64,000 nt of DNA from NCBI GenBank assembly GCA_963664325.2, contig CAXXDQ010000009.1, positions 1-64,000 of the forward strand. Direction: 5' to 3'. Within the stretch, counting starts at the first letter, position 1, and the number at the start of each line of letters is the position of its first letter. This stretch comes from Desulfomonilia bacterium (GTDB lineage: Bacteria; Desulfobacterota; Desulfomonilia; UBA1062). The notes under the pieces are model-generated. The model was not told the origin of the DNA. It was given only the letters and a program-made list of their open reading frames with translations, and ran no database searches. A program made the position numbers and the translations under genes. Below, piece by piece: positions 28,665 through 38,899 of this stretch.

Positions 28665-30275
28665 TCAATTCAGGGGGTCAATCCCCGTTTTCCAGGCATC
28701 AACCTTCCATGAATCGGTACCCTGGGTAAATGTCACGGAATTATCAGTGTTGAATACAGCCAAGGTTTCCCCGGCTGCCGCTGTAAACAAAAGTCTGCCA
28801 GATACCCAGTCGTCCGACCATAAGCTGTCTTCAAACACATGAGTGATTATCGTTCCATTAGCAACAGGATCAGTAGTGTTCAAAACCGATGAAACCGTTA
28901 CATACCCGTCCAGGCCCGGTACGCTTACCTGTCCGTTTGCACTCATCATAATATATGAAACTATTTTGCCGCTTCTATTATAGCTGTACTCTTTCTGGAG
29001 GTACGTAAACCCGCTTGCATATGAGAAAGTTTTATCATTAATCGTGAACGATCCTACAATCGTATAATCCCTGAAATCGGCGTAGTTCTTCGGGTCTGAA
29101 ATCTGGTTATAAGGAACAAGCTCGAGATTTTCCGGTATTGATGTATCACCCATTGGATCAGCGGCACCATAAGTTATATTGTAGGCAAGTTCCCAATTAT
29201 TATAAGTAGCTGTTATACCGCCATCTACAATCTTTAACCCACTACCTGCTGTAACTTTTACTGTCCTGATAATAAGTGGATCGAGTTCGGAATCAGTTAG
29301 TTTGAAATGGCCTGTAAAATAAACAGAAAGGTCGGAATCCTGGCCGGTTCCATAAATCTTGCTCGTCCCGTAGGTATAACCGTTATCATTAAATGCTATA
29401 TTCAATGTTGCAGTAAATGCATAAAAGCCGTCTTTGATCGCTTTTCTGTTAATTGTAAGGGTGGATGTATAGCTGTCATCGTCCGAAGTGAATTTTGCAG
29501 TGGCAGGCAGCGCTGGGAAAAGCATAAATGTAATAAACTTGCTCAAATAATTACTGTCACCGGAAATAGTAGATAAAATCAGATCTCCCCAAATTGAATT
29601 GATGCTGTCAACCATCACATCATAAAAAAATGCATCATCAGTCGTATCATCTTTATCATTGTAGCCAATGCCTCCATATACGGCATAAAGAGACCTTTTC
29701 ATCTGTTCGATGTTGAGATTCGGACTGGGCTTGATGAAAACAGCGGTTATCGTCTTGTCAGCATCCATTGTTACCTGCAGAGGGTTATCCGCTGACGTAA
29801 GACTGCCCGACCAATGGTCAAAACTCCAGCCGGAATCGGGGACTGCCGTCACCGTAACTTGCTGACCATCGTCATATACACTTAATTCAGGGTTTATTGT
29901 TACAGTGCCGTTTCCCGTCATTGACACCGACAGTTTAAACTGCTGAGTGAAAACAGCCGTTACCGACAAATTGCTGCTGATCTCTATTGAAACCGTTGTT
30001 TGAACACCGGTTACGCCGCCCTCCCAATGGTCAAATCTCCAGCCGTCGGAAGGTTCTGCAGTCAGAACTACAACTTCTCCCTTCCTGTAGCCGCCATCGG
30101 TACCGGCTTGCGTATAGCTGACCGTACCGTTACCGACTGTCGTCACCGACAGCGTGTATAATTCTTCTGGTACCGGAGTTGAACCGTCGCTTCCTCCTCC
30201 GCCACCTCCGCCTCCTCCGCAGGCACTGATGATGAATGCCAGCAGCAAACAGGAAGTAATAAATATCTTTTTCAT
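28665..30275 (-). CDS. Surface lipoprotein: two InlB B-repeat-like (Listeria-Bacteroides) domains plus an unassigned ~340-aa C-terminal domain
   Basis: Lipobox ISAC plus poly-Gly. Two repeats of L.V...GNGTV...A.P..GW.FDHW.G....TAVF. The C-terminal region is paralogous to 59203-60867. Confidence 0.85.
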   Translation of the reverse strand: MKKIFITSCLLLAFIISACGGGGGGGGGSDGSTPVPEELYTLSVTTVGNGTVSYTQAGTDGGYRKGEVVVLTAEPSDGWRFDHWEGGVTGVQTTVSIEISSNLSVTAVFTQQFKLSVSMTGNGTVTINPELSVYDDGQQVTVTAVPDSGWSFDHWSGSLTSADNPLQVTMDADKTITAVFIKPSPNLNIEQMKRSLYAVYGGIGYNDKDDTTDDAFFYDVMVDSINSIWGDLILSTISGDSNYLSKFITFMLFPALPATAKFTSDDDSYTSTLTINRKAIKDGFYAFTATLNIAFNDNGYTYGTSKIYGTGQDSDLSVYFTGHFKLTDSELDPLIIRTVKVTAGSGLKIVDGGITATYNNWELAYNITYGAADPMGDTSIPENLELVPYNQISDPKNYADFRDYTIVGSFTINDKTFSYASGFTYLQKEYSYNRSGKIVSYIMMSANGQVSVPGLDGYVTVSSVLNTTDPVANGTIITHVFEDSLWSDDWVSGRLLFTAAAGETLAVFNTDNSVTFTQGTDSWKVDAWKTGIDPLN

Positions 30276-30340
30276 TTTACAACCTCTCAATTATCGATTT
30301 GAAATATAAAAATTTCGGAATGGTTCCATTTGACTAATTA

Positions 30341-30373
30341 AGCATAACCTATGCCATGCATAACTATTTGATA
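30341..30373 (-). promoter_or_regulatory. Sigma54 promoter with an adjacent IHF-consensus site
   Basis: TGGCATAGGTTATGCT (GG-N10-GC) at 30356-30341. TATCAAATAGTTA at 30373-30361 fits WATCAANNNNTTR. Confidence 0.65.
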
Positions 30374-30515
30374 TAATTAACATACCATGCAATCGAGGCA
30401 TCGAAAAAGGAAATGAATTTCACAAGTTGAGAGAATAGTTTACCCAGAAACCAGATAGCATCAGGGAAAAACCTGATTTGCGGGCAAATTTGGTGTCCGC
30501 CCGCAAAAAATATTT

Positions 30516-31949
30516 TTATGAGTAGTTTATTTTAACAGCTATCAGAAGGAATATTATGCTTGTTATTGCCAGGATGACCTGGAGCGGCAGCATGAACCTG
30601 AACCAGTCTTTGTATTTGATTCCGGCAAGACCTATAACCACCATAAGCAGGGGATTGGTCGGCCAGAAGGCATGTGAGAAACCGTCGCCAAGCTGAAATG
30701 CAAGCACGGTTATCTGTCTAGTAAGCCCGAGTATGTCGCCGAGCTGGGACATGATGGGAATGGTCAGCATTGCCTGACCCGAACCGGATGATACCAGGAA
30801 ATTCATGAACAGCTGGAACAGATACATGATTATCGCAGCCAGTTCCCTGCTCAGACCCTGCGTTTTCAATGATACGAAATGCATCATCGTGGCCATTATG
30901 TTCCCTTCGACTATAAGCCAGCCGACCGATGACGCCATCAGGATGAGTATGATCGCCGGCGAAAAATCTATCAGACCGTCCTTGAAGAGCTTGAAGACCT
31001 TTTTAAATTCATATCCCGATGCCATGCCTACGCTGAAACCCATGATCAGAAAAATAAGGGCGATCAGGGGGAAAGAGAGGTCCTGCAATGCCTTTACCGT
31101 ACTGCATACCGCAACGGTTGCAATTATACCAAGGAAGCATATCCCCATCCAGATAAGCGCCGGTTTGATTTTGCCCTGGTGAAGAACAACGTCATCGTAG
31201 TGTGTGAGCGCCTTTATCTCCATGTCCGAGCCGTAAACATAACTTTTCTCAGGATTTTTCTCGATCCGGCGGATATACCAAAGGATATAAAGCGCAACTA
31301 TGAGAATGGTCACTATAAGAATCGGAACCCTGAGATAGAGTCCGGAAAAAAGAGGTACATCGGCCAGCTTCTGGGCCGTACCCAGTGTGAAAGGGTTGAA
31401 TGTAGCCGCTGAAAAACCAATGGTTACTGAAACGAACGGAATAGCCACACCGACAATCGAGTCCCATTTCATCTGATAGGCCAGTGGGATGAATATCAGG
31501 ATCAACGGCGTTACCTCTTCTAGTATGCCCATCGTGGAGCCCAGAAGGGCGAACACAATGACGTTGATGAATATGAACATACGTTTTCTGTCGGCGAACT
31601 TCATGACAAGGTCCGAAATGAGTCTGGGCAGGATGCCGCTCTTATTCATTATCGAGAAGCTTCCGCCGATTATGAAAATAAAAAGAATGAGCACTATAAT
31701 TCTCGGGCCGTTCTTGCTGCCAAGCACAAGCAAAGGGGCAAGGGCTATTTTCCAGACAGGAAGGGGAGTTTGACCTATCGTGTGATACACCTCTTGCATC
31801 CCGCTGTTTATCGAGGTTTTTACATATTCGCCCGCAGGTATGACATAAGAGCATATGCCCGATACTGCTATCAGAATTGCAAGCAGTACAATTGTCGCCA
31901 GAAACATCTTAACTTCAAGCAAGGCCTTCTTCTTGTCTTCCTGTTCCAT
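30516..31949 (-). CDS. YfcC/DcuC-like anaerobic C4-dicarboxylate/amino-acid transporter
   Basis: About 12 TM segments, IPAGEY, NPFTLG.AQ..A..PLFSG, SGSGQA and LAFQLGDGF. Confidence 0.85.
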   Translation of the reverse strand: MEQEDKKKALLEVKMFLATIVLLAILIAVSGICSYVIPAGEYVKTSINSGMQEVYHTIGQTPLPVWKIALAPLLVLGSKNGPRIIVLILFIFIIGGSFSIMNKSGILPRLISDLVMKFADRKRMFIFINVIVFALLGSTMGILEEVTPLILIFIPLAYQMKWDSIVGVAIPFVSVTIGFSAATFNPFTLGTAQKLADVPLFSGLYLRVPILIVTILIVALYILWYIRRIEKNPEKSYVYGSDMEIKALTHYDDVVLHQGKIKPALIWMGICFLGIIATVAVCSTVKALQDLSFPLIALIFLIMGFSVGMASGYEFKKVFKLFKDGLIDFSPAIILILMASSVGWLIVEGNIMATMMHFVSLKTQGLSRELAAIIMYLFQLFMNFLVSSGSGQAMLTIPIMSQLGDILGLTRQITVLAFQLGDGFSHAFWPTNPLLMVVIGLAGIKYKDWFRFMLPLQVILAITSIIFLLIAVKINYS

Positions 31950-32039
31950 GGTACCATCCTTTCGCTATTCGATTGCAGGTGATTCTTTCATCCAGATAAA
32001 TAAAGCTGTTATTTACAGTTTGCCCTGTTTTTCAAAAAA

Positions 32040-33380
32040 TTAAAGCACAAAATCAAGGACCAGTTCCAGCCCTAAATTAACGCTGAAATGAAGGCTCTCA
32101 ATGGAAATGCGTTCATCATGCCCGTGTGCAAGCGATATATCATCCACCGGAAGGACGGGCGTAAAACCGTATACCACCATGCCCTTCGGGCGGAAAAATA
32201 CGCCGTCCGTTACTCCTGGTATCAGAAACGGCACGACCGTGGTATCAGGTTTATGCTTGTGCATGTTCTTTCTGATCAAAAGTGCCAGTTCATGGTCAAT
32301 GGGCGATTCGGTCCCTTCTTTTTTATCAAGTGTCTCAATTTCAAATCCATGGCCGATTTCTTTAACGGCTCCAGCATGAAACTCATCGGCATCATATGAC
32401 GGTAGCACCCTGAAATCGAATTCCGCCACGGCCTCGGATGGTATGACATTCGTCTTCTGTCCCGCATGGAATACAGTGGGACATACGGTATTGTGAAGCA
32501 TGGCCTTGAATCCGGCCGCTGTTCCTGCATCTTTGATTGCAAACCTTATGAGGGTATCGGACAGGACGGGATTCATCAGCTGTTTTATTAAAGTGCCGAC
32601 TACCGCATTCTGAGATGAGGCCATCGCCTCAATCATCGCCTTTACGCTCGGGGTTGTCTTCAATGGATATTTTTTTTGAGTCAGCCTGTCGGCAAGGCAA
32701 ACCAGCCGTTTGACCGGATTATCCTCCCTCGGCATGGAAGCATGGCCCGGGATGCCTCGTGCTGTAACTTTCAGCCAGATATTTCCCTTCTCGGCACTCT
32801 GATATGTATAGAAAGTCCTGCCCATGAAATTAATTCCGAACCCGCCGCCCTCGTTCAAGGCAGCCTCCGCATCTATGAGGTCATAGTGATTCTTCACCAG
32901 CCATTCACAGCCTTTGCTGCCGCCTGTTTCCTCGTCCGCCGCTGAAAGAAAGATCACATCGCGCCTGGTGGAGACCGACCCTCTGGCAAGTGCAATCATT
33001 ATAGTCATCCACAGGGCGACTGAATTTTTACAGTCAATGGCACCCCGGCCCCAGACAAAACCGTCAATTTCATCGGCACTGAAAGCGTCTCTTGCCCATT
33101 TGTCCGCTTCCACTCCCACCACATCAAGATGTGACATCAGCATAAGCGGCCGCTTCGTTCCATCACCTTTGTGCCTTGCTATGATGCTTGCACGCCCGGG
33201 CTCCGATTCCAGTATTTTGTAATCGATGCCTTCCTTTTCAAACACCTCCGCAACATAGCGGGCTGCAGCAATCTCATTTCCCGGAGGATTCGTTGTATTG
33301 ATACGGATAAGATTTTTCAGATGCCTGACGATTTCATCTTTAAGATTAAAATTATTGATCAGTCCAACTGCTTCCGACAT
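32040..33380 (-). CDS. M20 family peptidase/deacylase
   Basis: SHLDVV, WGRGAIDCK, ADEE, NEGG, GHAS.P and AHGHDERI. Confidence 0.9.
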   Translation of the reverse strand: MSEAVGLINNFNLKDEIVRHLKNLIRINTTNPPGNEIAAARYVAEVFEKEGIDYKILESEPGRASIIARHKGDGTKRPLMLMSHLDVVGVEADKWARDAFSADEIDGFVWGRGAIDCKNSVALWMTIMIALARGSVSTRRDVIFLSAADEETGGSKGCEWLVKNHYDLIDAEAALNEGGGFGINFMGRTFYTYQSAEKGNIWLKVTARGIPGHASMPREDNPVKRLVCLADRLTQKKYPLKTTPSVKAMIEAMASSQNAVVGTLIKQLMNPVLSDTLIRFAIKDAGTAAGFKAMLHNTVCPTVFHAGQKTNVIPSEAVAEFDFRVLPSYDADEFHAGAVKEIGHGFEIETLDKKEGTESPIDHELALLIRKNMHKHKPDTTVVPFLIPGVTDGVFFRPKGMVVYGFTPVLPVDDISLAHGHDERISIESLHFSVNLGLELVLDFVL

Positions 33381-33541
33381 AAATACGCCTCTTCAGAATT
33401 GATTTAAATTCAAGTACACTATATTCATAATTTAGGCAAACTCACTCAAGATATATAGGCCCTTCGCCGAGGAGAATTTTAGATCGTGCAGTCGCATGAG
33501 AAGTATTTTAATTACCAATTTAGAAACTGTGAAGGTGAAAA

Positions 33542-35044
33542 ATGACCAAAACAGATGTAATAATAATCGGAGGCGGTGCAACCGGATGCGGCATTGCTAG
33601 AGACCTGGCGCTTAGAGGAATCCCGCATTACCTGATTGAAAAAGACGATTTCGCTGCAGGAGCCACAGGGGCATGCCACGGGCTTCTGCACAGCGGAGGC
33701 CGGTACGCTGTAAACGACCCTGAAGCTGCTAAGGAATGTATCGAAGAAAACATGATCCTGCGCAGAATAGGTGAAAAATGCGTGGAGGTCACTGGAGGTC
33801 TGTTTGTAAGACTTCCCGGAGATTCGAAACGCTTCAGGGACAGGTTTCTGAAAAGCTGCGAAGAGGTGGGTATCCCGACTGAGGTGCTGTCTGCCTCAAG
33901 GGCGCTTGACCTGGTTCCCAATCTTAACCCGGTACTGGAAGAAGCAGTAAAAGTGCCTGACTGTTCAATTGACCCGTTCAGACTGTGCATGCTCAATGCC
34001 ACAACATCAAGACTGAAAGGAGGCACAATACTAACGCACCACAAGGTAGTTGATGTCATAAAAGAGCGCGGCCAGTGTGTTGGCGTCAAGGCCGTCGACC
34101 AGTTCACCGACCAGGTAAGGGAAATAAGGGCAAGGGTTATTGTAAATGCAGCCGGCGCTTGGGGCGACAAGGTCGCTCAGCTTGGAGGCAGCGATGCCCC
34201 CATGACACTGTCCAAGGGCAGTCTCGTAATAACAAACCACAGGCTTACTAACATGGTTGTAAACAGACTGAGGTTGCCGTCCGACGGAGACATTATCGTA
34301 CCCAACGAGGCCGTATGTCTTGCCGGCACCACTTCAATCACGGTGACTGATCCCGATGCCATCGAGGTCGATGCAAAAGAGGTCGACAAGGTCATAAACG
34401 AGGCGCAGGCAATGATCCCCGTATTCAGGACAACCCGCCTGATAAGGGCTTATACCGGAGTCAGGCCGCTGCTTAAGGGTGACGGTATTGATGGAAGGTC
34501 GATTTCAAGAGGGTTTAAGATCATCGACCATAAGAACGGGATGTTCAGCATACTGGGCGGAAAACTGACGACATACCGCCTGATGGCGGAAAAGCTTACC
34601 GATGCGCTCATGGAACACTTCGGATTGAGTGCAGCCTGCGAAACCGCTGAGAGGCCCCTCGACGGACAGGAAGAACTCAGCGGCTATCCGCTATCGAAAA
34701 GGCTGCACAGCCTCAACAGCATTGTCTGTGAATGCGAGCTTGTAAACAGGGAGGATGTGGAAAGGATTGTCAACAGGGTCGGGACGAAATACATCCGCGA
34801 CATTCAACACAGGACGCGCCTTGGCATGGGTCCGTGCCAGGGCGGATTCTGTACCTACAGGGCGCTCGGCATCATGCATGACATGGGCAGGGTAAGCGCC
34901 GACGAATCTATGAGAGTGCTCAGGGAATTCCTGCAGCGGAGGTTCAGAGGCATAAGACCGGCGCTGTGGGGTGACCAGCTCAGGGAGGAACAGCTTGTTG
35001 AAAGCATTTACCTTGGAATCCTCGGAATGGGGAGAGACCAATGA
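33542..35044 (+). CDS. glpA: Anaerobic glycerol-3-phosphate dehydrogenase subunit A
   Basis: GGGATG, HGLLHSGGRYAV, GGKLTTYRLMAE, CECE and RLGMGPCQGGFC. Confidence 0.93.
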   Translation: MTKTDVIIIGGGATGCGIARDLALRGIPHYLIEKDDFAAGATGACHGLLHSGGRYAVNDPEAAKECIEENMILRRIGEKCVEVTGGLFVRLPGDSKRFRDRFLKSCEEVGIPTEVLSASRALDLVPNLNPVLEEAVKVPDCSIDPFRLCMLNATTSRLKGGTILTHHKVVDVIKERGQCVGVKAVDQFTDQVREIRARVIVNAAGAWGDKVAQLGGSDAPMTLSKGSLVITNHRLTNMVVNRLRLPSDGDIIVPNEAVCLAGTTSITVTDPDAIEVDAKEVDKVINEAQAMIPVFRTTRLIRAYTGVRPLLKGDGIDGRSISRGFKIIDHKNGMFSILGGKLTTYRLMAEKLTDALMEHFGLSAACETAERPLDGQEELSGYPLSKRLHSLNSIVCECELVNREDVERIVNRVGTKYIRDIQHRTRLGMGPCQGGFCTYRALGIMHDMGRVSADESMRVLREFLQRRFRGIRPALWGDQLREEQLVESIYLGILGMGRDQ

Positions 35045-36240
35045 GCGATATCTATTTTGATGTTGTAATAACAGGCGGGGGTATTTCCGGATTGATGGCG
35101 GGCATTGAACTTGCCGGGTCCGGAGCGAGTGTTGCGGTTATTTCCAGGGGAGACCCGGCGATATGCCTTTCGACAGGCTGCATTGACCTGCTTGCACTTG
35201 GCAATGATCCGCTGTCCGGTATAAAGAACCTTCCTCCCGAACATCCATACAACCTGGTACCTCGTGCGCTAATTGAGGAATCCTTTGAAAAATTCGGCGA
35301 TATCATGTTCGATGCAGGCCTTCCCTATATAGGGGACGTGCATAAAAACAGGAAAATTCTGACAGCGATCGGCAATTCAAAAATCACGTGCCTGGTCCCG
35401 AGAACCATGGAAACAGTCCCGCAGAAAGAAAACTCCTATATTCATGTAATCGGCTTCAAGGGTCTCAAGGATTTCTATCCGAGCTATATCACCTCAAGAA
35501 GGCCGAATACCGGCTTTTCCATTTATGATGCAGGCGTTGAAAGTACAATGTCCATATCAGCCAGGTTCGATGATATTGCTTTTGTAGAGGAATTCATAAA
35601 ATGGCTCGAATCAATTGAAATACCTGACGGGAGAATCGCCTTACCTGCCGTTCTGGGACTTGCAGAACCGTTAAAGGTCATTGAACTTATAACGGCCTCC
35701 ACGGAAAGGCTCGTGTTTGAAATACCGACCATTCCCCCTTCAATTCCGGGGATACGACTTTTCAAAACCCTTAAAAAGGCCTTCCAGTCGAGGGGGGGAG
35801 AAATTTTCTGGGGTTTGCCTGTCGCAAGCGTGGAAAAGCAGGGGAAATTAATCGAGGCGGTTACCATTGAAACACCGGCAAGACCGACAAGGCTTAATGC
35901 AAAGGCGTTCATCCTGGCATCGGGTTCATTCGTTAGCGGCGGCCTTTATGCAGACATGAAGGACAATGTCCAGGAAACTGTTTTCGATCTGCCCGTTTTC
36001 GTTCCGGGCACAAGAGACGCGTGGTTCAGCAATGATTTTTTCATGCCCGGCCATGCCATAGAAAAAGCGGGTATAATGGCCGACGGTTCATTCAGGCCGG
36101 TCGATGTCCCGTATGAAAATCTTTTCGTTTGCGGGAGCATACTGGCGCACTCGGAGATCATGAAGAACGGGTGCGGGCACGGTCTTGGACTGACCACAGG
36201 TCTGGCCGCAGCAAAATCCTGCGCGAGGTACCTCTCATGA
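35041..36240 (+). CDS. glpB: Anaerobic glycerol-3-phosphate dehydrogenase subunit B
   Basis: GGGISG, PAVLG, EIPTIPPSIPGIRL and ASGSF.SGGL. Overlaps the glpA stop. Confidence 0.9.
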   Translation: MSDIYFDVVITGGGISGLMAGIELAGSGASVAVISRGDPAICLSTGCIDLLALGNDPLSGIKNLPPEHPYNLVPRALIEESFEKFGDIMFDAGLPYIGDVHKNRKILTAIGNSKITCLVPRTMETVPQKENSYIHVIGFKGLKDFYPSYITSRRPNTGFSIYDAGVESTMSISARFDDIAFVEEFIKWLESIEIPDGRIALPAVLGLAEPLKVIELITASTERLVFEIPTIPPSIPGIRLFKTLKKAFQSRGGEIFWGLPVASVEKQGKLIEAVTIETPARPTRLNAKAFILASGSFVSGGLYADMKDNVQETVFDLPVFVPGTRDAWFSNDFFMPGHAIEKAGIMADGSFRPVDVPYENLFVCGSILAHSEIMKNGCGHGLGLTTGLAAAKSCARYLS

Positions 36241-37427
36241 ACTTTGAACATTGTATAAGATGCACCATATGCGTTGAGAATTGCCCGGTTTTCAGGGTCA
36301 ATCCGGAATTTCCTGGACCGAAGCAGTCGGGTCCCGATTCACAGAGGTTCAGGATGACGGGTGAAAAATCCGTGGACAGCTGGGTAAGCCTGTGCAGCCA
36401 GTGCAAAAAGTGCGAAGTAGCCTGTCCCTACGGGGTCAACCCGGCCGAGATAATTCTAAATGCACAGATAAAATACACCGGTGAACATATGCGTTCCCCT
36501 GTTGCAATAATGTTTGCAAACAATTTTTACCTTGGGACGCTGGGGTCACTGGCCGCACCGATCGCAAACAGGATCGCGGCAACAGGGATTGCAAAGAAAT
36601 TTTTCAATCTTGCCGGAATCTCCACTTATATGCCTTTTCCGTCATTTGACCTTATGTCCATGAACAAGGGCAGAAGGAAGACCGGAAAAGGTCCCAAGAA
36701 AGTGGTCTTCTTCTACGGGTGCTTCCTTAATTTCAACCGTCCGGATATAGGAAGGAAGATCAGGGACCTGCTTGTTTCATTGAACCTGGAAGTAGTGATG
36801 CCGTCACAGGTCTGCTGCGGTCTCCCCGCCCTCGGAAACGGCCAGATAGAACTCGCCCGGAAATTCGCCGCGAAGAACGCCGCGGTATTCGGCGAATATA
36901 TAAACAAGGGATACGACCTTATCTACTCATGCACTTCCTGCGGCCTTACGCTGACGCATGATTATCCGGGCATACTCGGTATCGCATCGGGAAAGAAGAT
37001 TGCTGAAAACAGCTATAATGTAAACGAATATATCCTGAGGCTGATGGACGAGAATTACATCACCCCTGAGTTTAAAGAGGTGAACAAAAAAGTCGCCTAT
37101 CATATACCCTGCCACCTGAGGGCCTCCGGCATCGGCTATCCGGCAGCAAGGATTTTTGCAAAAATTCCGGGACTTGATTTTACAGTCCTTGATGATTTTT
37201 GCTGCGGTCTTTCAGGAAGCTACGGGTTTAAAAAGAAAAACCAGGAAACCGCCCTAAAGGTCGGCGCACAGGCAGCTGCTGCCATAAAGAAAACAGATCC
37301 AGGAGCAGTGGTAGCAGACTGCGGCGCATGCAGGATGCAGCTGTCTTACCTCTCAGGACTGCCGGCCATGGACCCGAGTGAAATAATCACCGAATCGCTT
37401 GTAATAAGATGTCAGGGAGGATTATAA
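36237..37427 (+). CDS. glpC: Anaerobic glycerol-3-phosphate dehydrogenase subunit C (Fe-S)
   Basis: CIRCTICVENCP, FPGPKQSGPD, CSQCKKCEVACP and two CCG motifs. ATGA overlap with glpB. Confidence 0.9.
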   Translation: MNFEHCIRCTICVENCPVFRVNPEFPGPKQSGPDSQRFRMTGEKSVDSWVSLCSQCKKCEVACPYGVNPAEIILNAQIKYTGEHMRSPVAIMFANNFYLGTLGSLAAPIANRIAATGIAKKFFNLAGISTYMPFPSFDLMSMNKGRRKTGKGPKKVVFFYGCFLNFNRPDIGRKIRDLLVSLNLEVVMPSQVCCGLPALGNGQIELARKFAAKNAAVFGEYINKGYDLIYSCTSCGLTLTHDYPGILGIASGKKIAENSYNVNEYILRLMDENYITPEFKEVNKKVAYHIPCHLRASGIGYPAARIFAKIPGLDFTVLDDFCCGLSGSYGFKKKNQETALKVGAQAAAAIKKTDPGAVVADCGACRMQLSYLSGLPAMDPSEIITESLVIRCQGGL

Positions 37428-37471
37428 TATTCATATTAACAGTAACAATGAAGACCTATGGGGAGGACAGT

Positions 37472-37798
37472 ATGAAGAAACTGGCTGTTTTATTTTTCAT
37501 GATCATTTCATTAACCATTATGCCTCTTAAATCTGATGCGGCAAGCTCCCTGCAGGTAGTCGCCGAAGATTCACTCTGGGGATGCCTGATAGGCGGTCTT
37601 GTCGGTACGGCAACGCTAATGTTTCACATGGATGATGCCGGAGATCACCTGGAAAACATCGTTTATGGCGCAGGCATCGGATTGTTTGCAGGAGTCGGTT
37701 TCGGCGTATATGAGCTGCGCCCCCTTTTCCAGGCCTACAAAGACCCTGCGTACAAGGATACCGTATACAGTTTCAAACTCTATGTGCCGCTTAAATAG
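37472..37798 (+). CDS. Small exported/membrane hypothetical protein (glycine-zipper-like)
   Basis: GGAGG SD, signal peptide, and GxxxG-rich segments (GCLIGGLVG, GAGIGLFAGVGFG). Confidence 0.7.
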   Translation: MKKLAVLFFMIISLTIMPLKSDAASSLQVVAEDSLWGCLIGGLVGTATLMFHMDDAGDHLENIVYGAGIGLFAGVGFGVYELRPLFQAYKDPAYKDTVYSFKLYVPLK

Positions 37799-38071
37799 AA
37801 TGTGCCTTGCTGTTTTCAAGCAAGGGAAGCAGCCGGATTTAATTGAACACAGGGAAATGAACGCGAATTGTTTAACAGAGAAAGCGTGACTCCTTGGAAA
37901 AAGGGTTGCGGCCCTGGAACAGACGAAGAGAGTTAAGAGCAAAATAAAAAATTCGCCGGGAAAAAAATAAACTGAAATTTGAATAAATGCCAACTCCAGC
38001 TTCCAACTGATACCGTTTCGTTTGGCGGCTGAAGATTAATATCAGGCTGTTGCCATAGGGAGGAACGCATA

Positions 38072-38860
38072 GTGAATCTGGAGATCATTGTCCAAGAACC
38101 AGAAGCCGCAAAACGATCCACCCCGCTTTTGTTCATACACGGCATGTGGCATGGGGCATGGTGCTGGGCGGAGCATTTTATGCCTTACTTCGCGCAGCAT
38201 GGTTATGCCACCTATGCACTGAGCCTTCGGGGCCATGGCGCCAGCGAGGGAAAGAAAAATCTCAGGTCTGTTAAGCTTTCCGATTACGTGGCCGACGTCG
38301 AGCAGGTCGTAACCGGTATGGATAGAGCGCCGGTGCTGATTGGCCACTCCATGGGCGGAATGGTCATTCAGAAGTATCTCGAGTCACACCAGTTGCCTGC
38401 CGCGGTACTGATGGCCTCCGCCCCGCCCAAGGGCCTGCTCGCCTCAACCCTGCGCATTGCCAGGAGGCACCCTCTGATCTTTCTGAAAGTCAACCTGACC
38501 CAAAGCCTTTATCCTGCAGTGGGCACACCCGAAATGTGCAAAGAAGTGCTGTTTTCGCCGGACATGCCCGGAGCTCAGGTAGAGGCCTATTTTAAACGGC
38601 TGCAGGACGAGTCTTACAGGGCTTATATGGACATGATGCTTTTAAACCTGCCCAGGCTGAAACTAATTGATTCCCCTGTGCTGGTGCTAGGAGCAGCGAA
38701 TGATAAGGCAATATCGCCATATGAAGTCGAGGCGACTGCAAAAGCGTATGGCACGCAGGCCGAGATCTTTCCTGACATGGCCCATAACATGATGCTGGAA
38801 TCCGGCTGGCAGGCCGTGGCAGACAGCATTCTGACATGGTTTGAAGAAAAAGGTTTGTAA
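38072..38860 (+). CDS. Alpha/beta fold hydrolase
   Basis: HGMWHGAWCW, LRGHG.S, GHSMGG, D and MAHNMM. GTG start after GGAGG. Confidence 0.9.
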   Translation: MNLEIIVQEPEAAKRSTPLLFIHGMWHGAWCWAEHFMPYFAQHGYATYALSLRGHGASEGKKNLRSVKLSDYVADVEQVVTGMDRAPVLIGHSMGGMVIQKYLESHQLPAAVLMASAPPKGLLASTLRIARRHPLIFLKVNLTQSLYPAVGTPEMCKEVLFSPDMPGAQVEAYFKRLQDESYRAYMDMMLLNLPRLKLIDSPVLVLGAANDKAISPYEVEATAKAYGTQAEIFPDMAHNMMLESGWQAVADSILTWFEEKGL

Positions 38861-38899
38861 GAAGTATAAGGTGGGGCTTGAATTCGAAATGGAATAGAT

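Noticed and set aside
37800-38070. Possible ncRNA or riboswitch in the intergenic region
   Set aside because: Only weak G-U-rich pairing and no recognisable family motif. An Rfam search would be needed.
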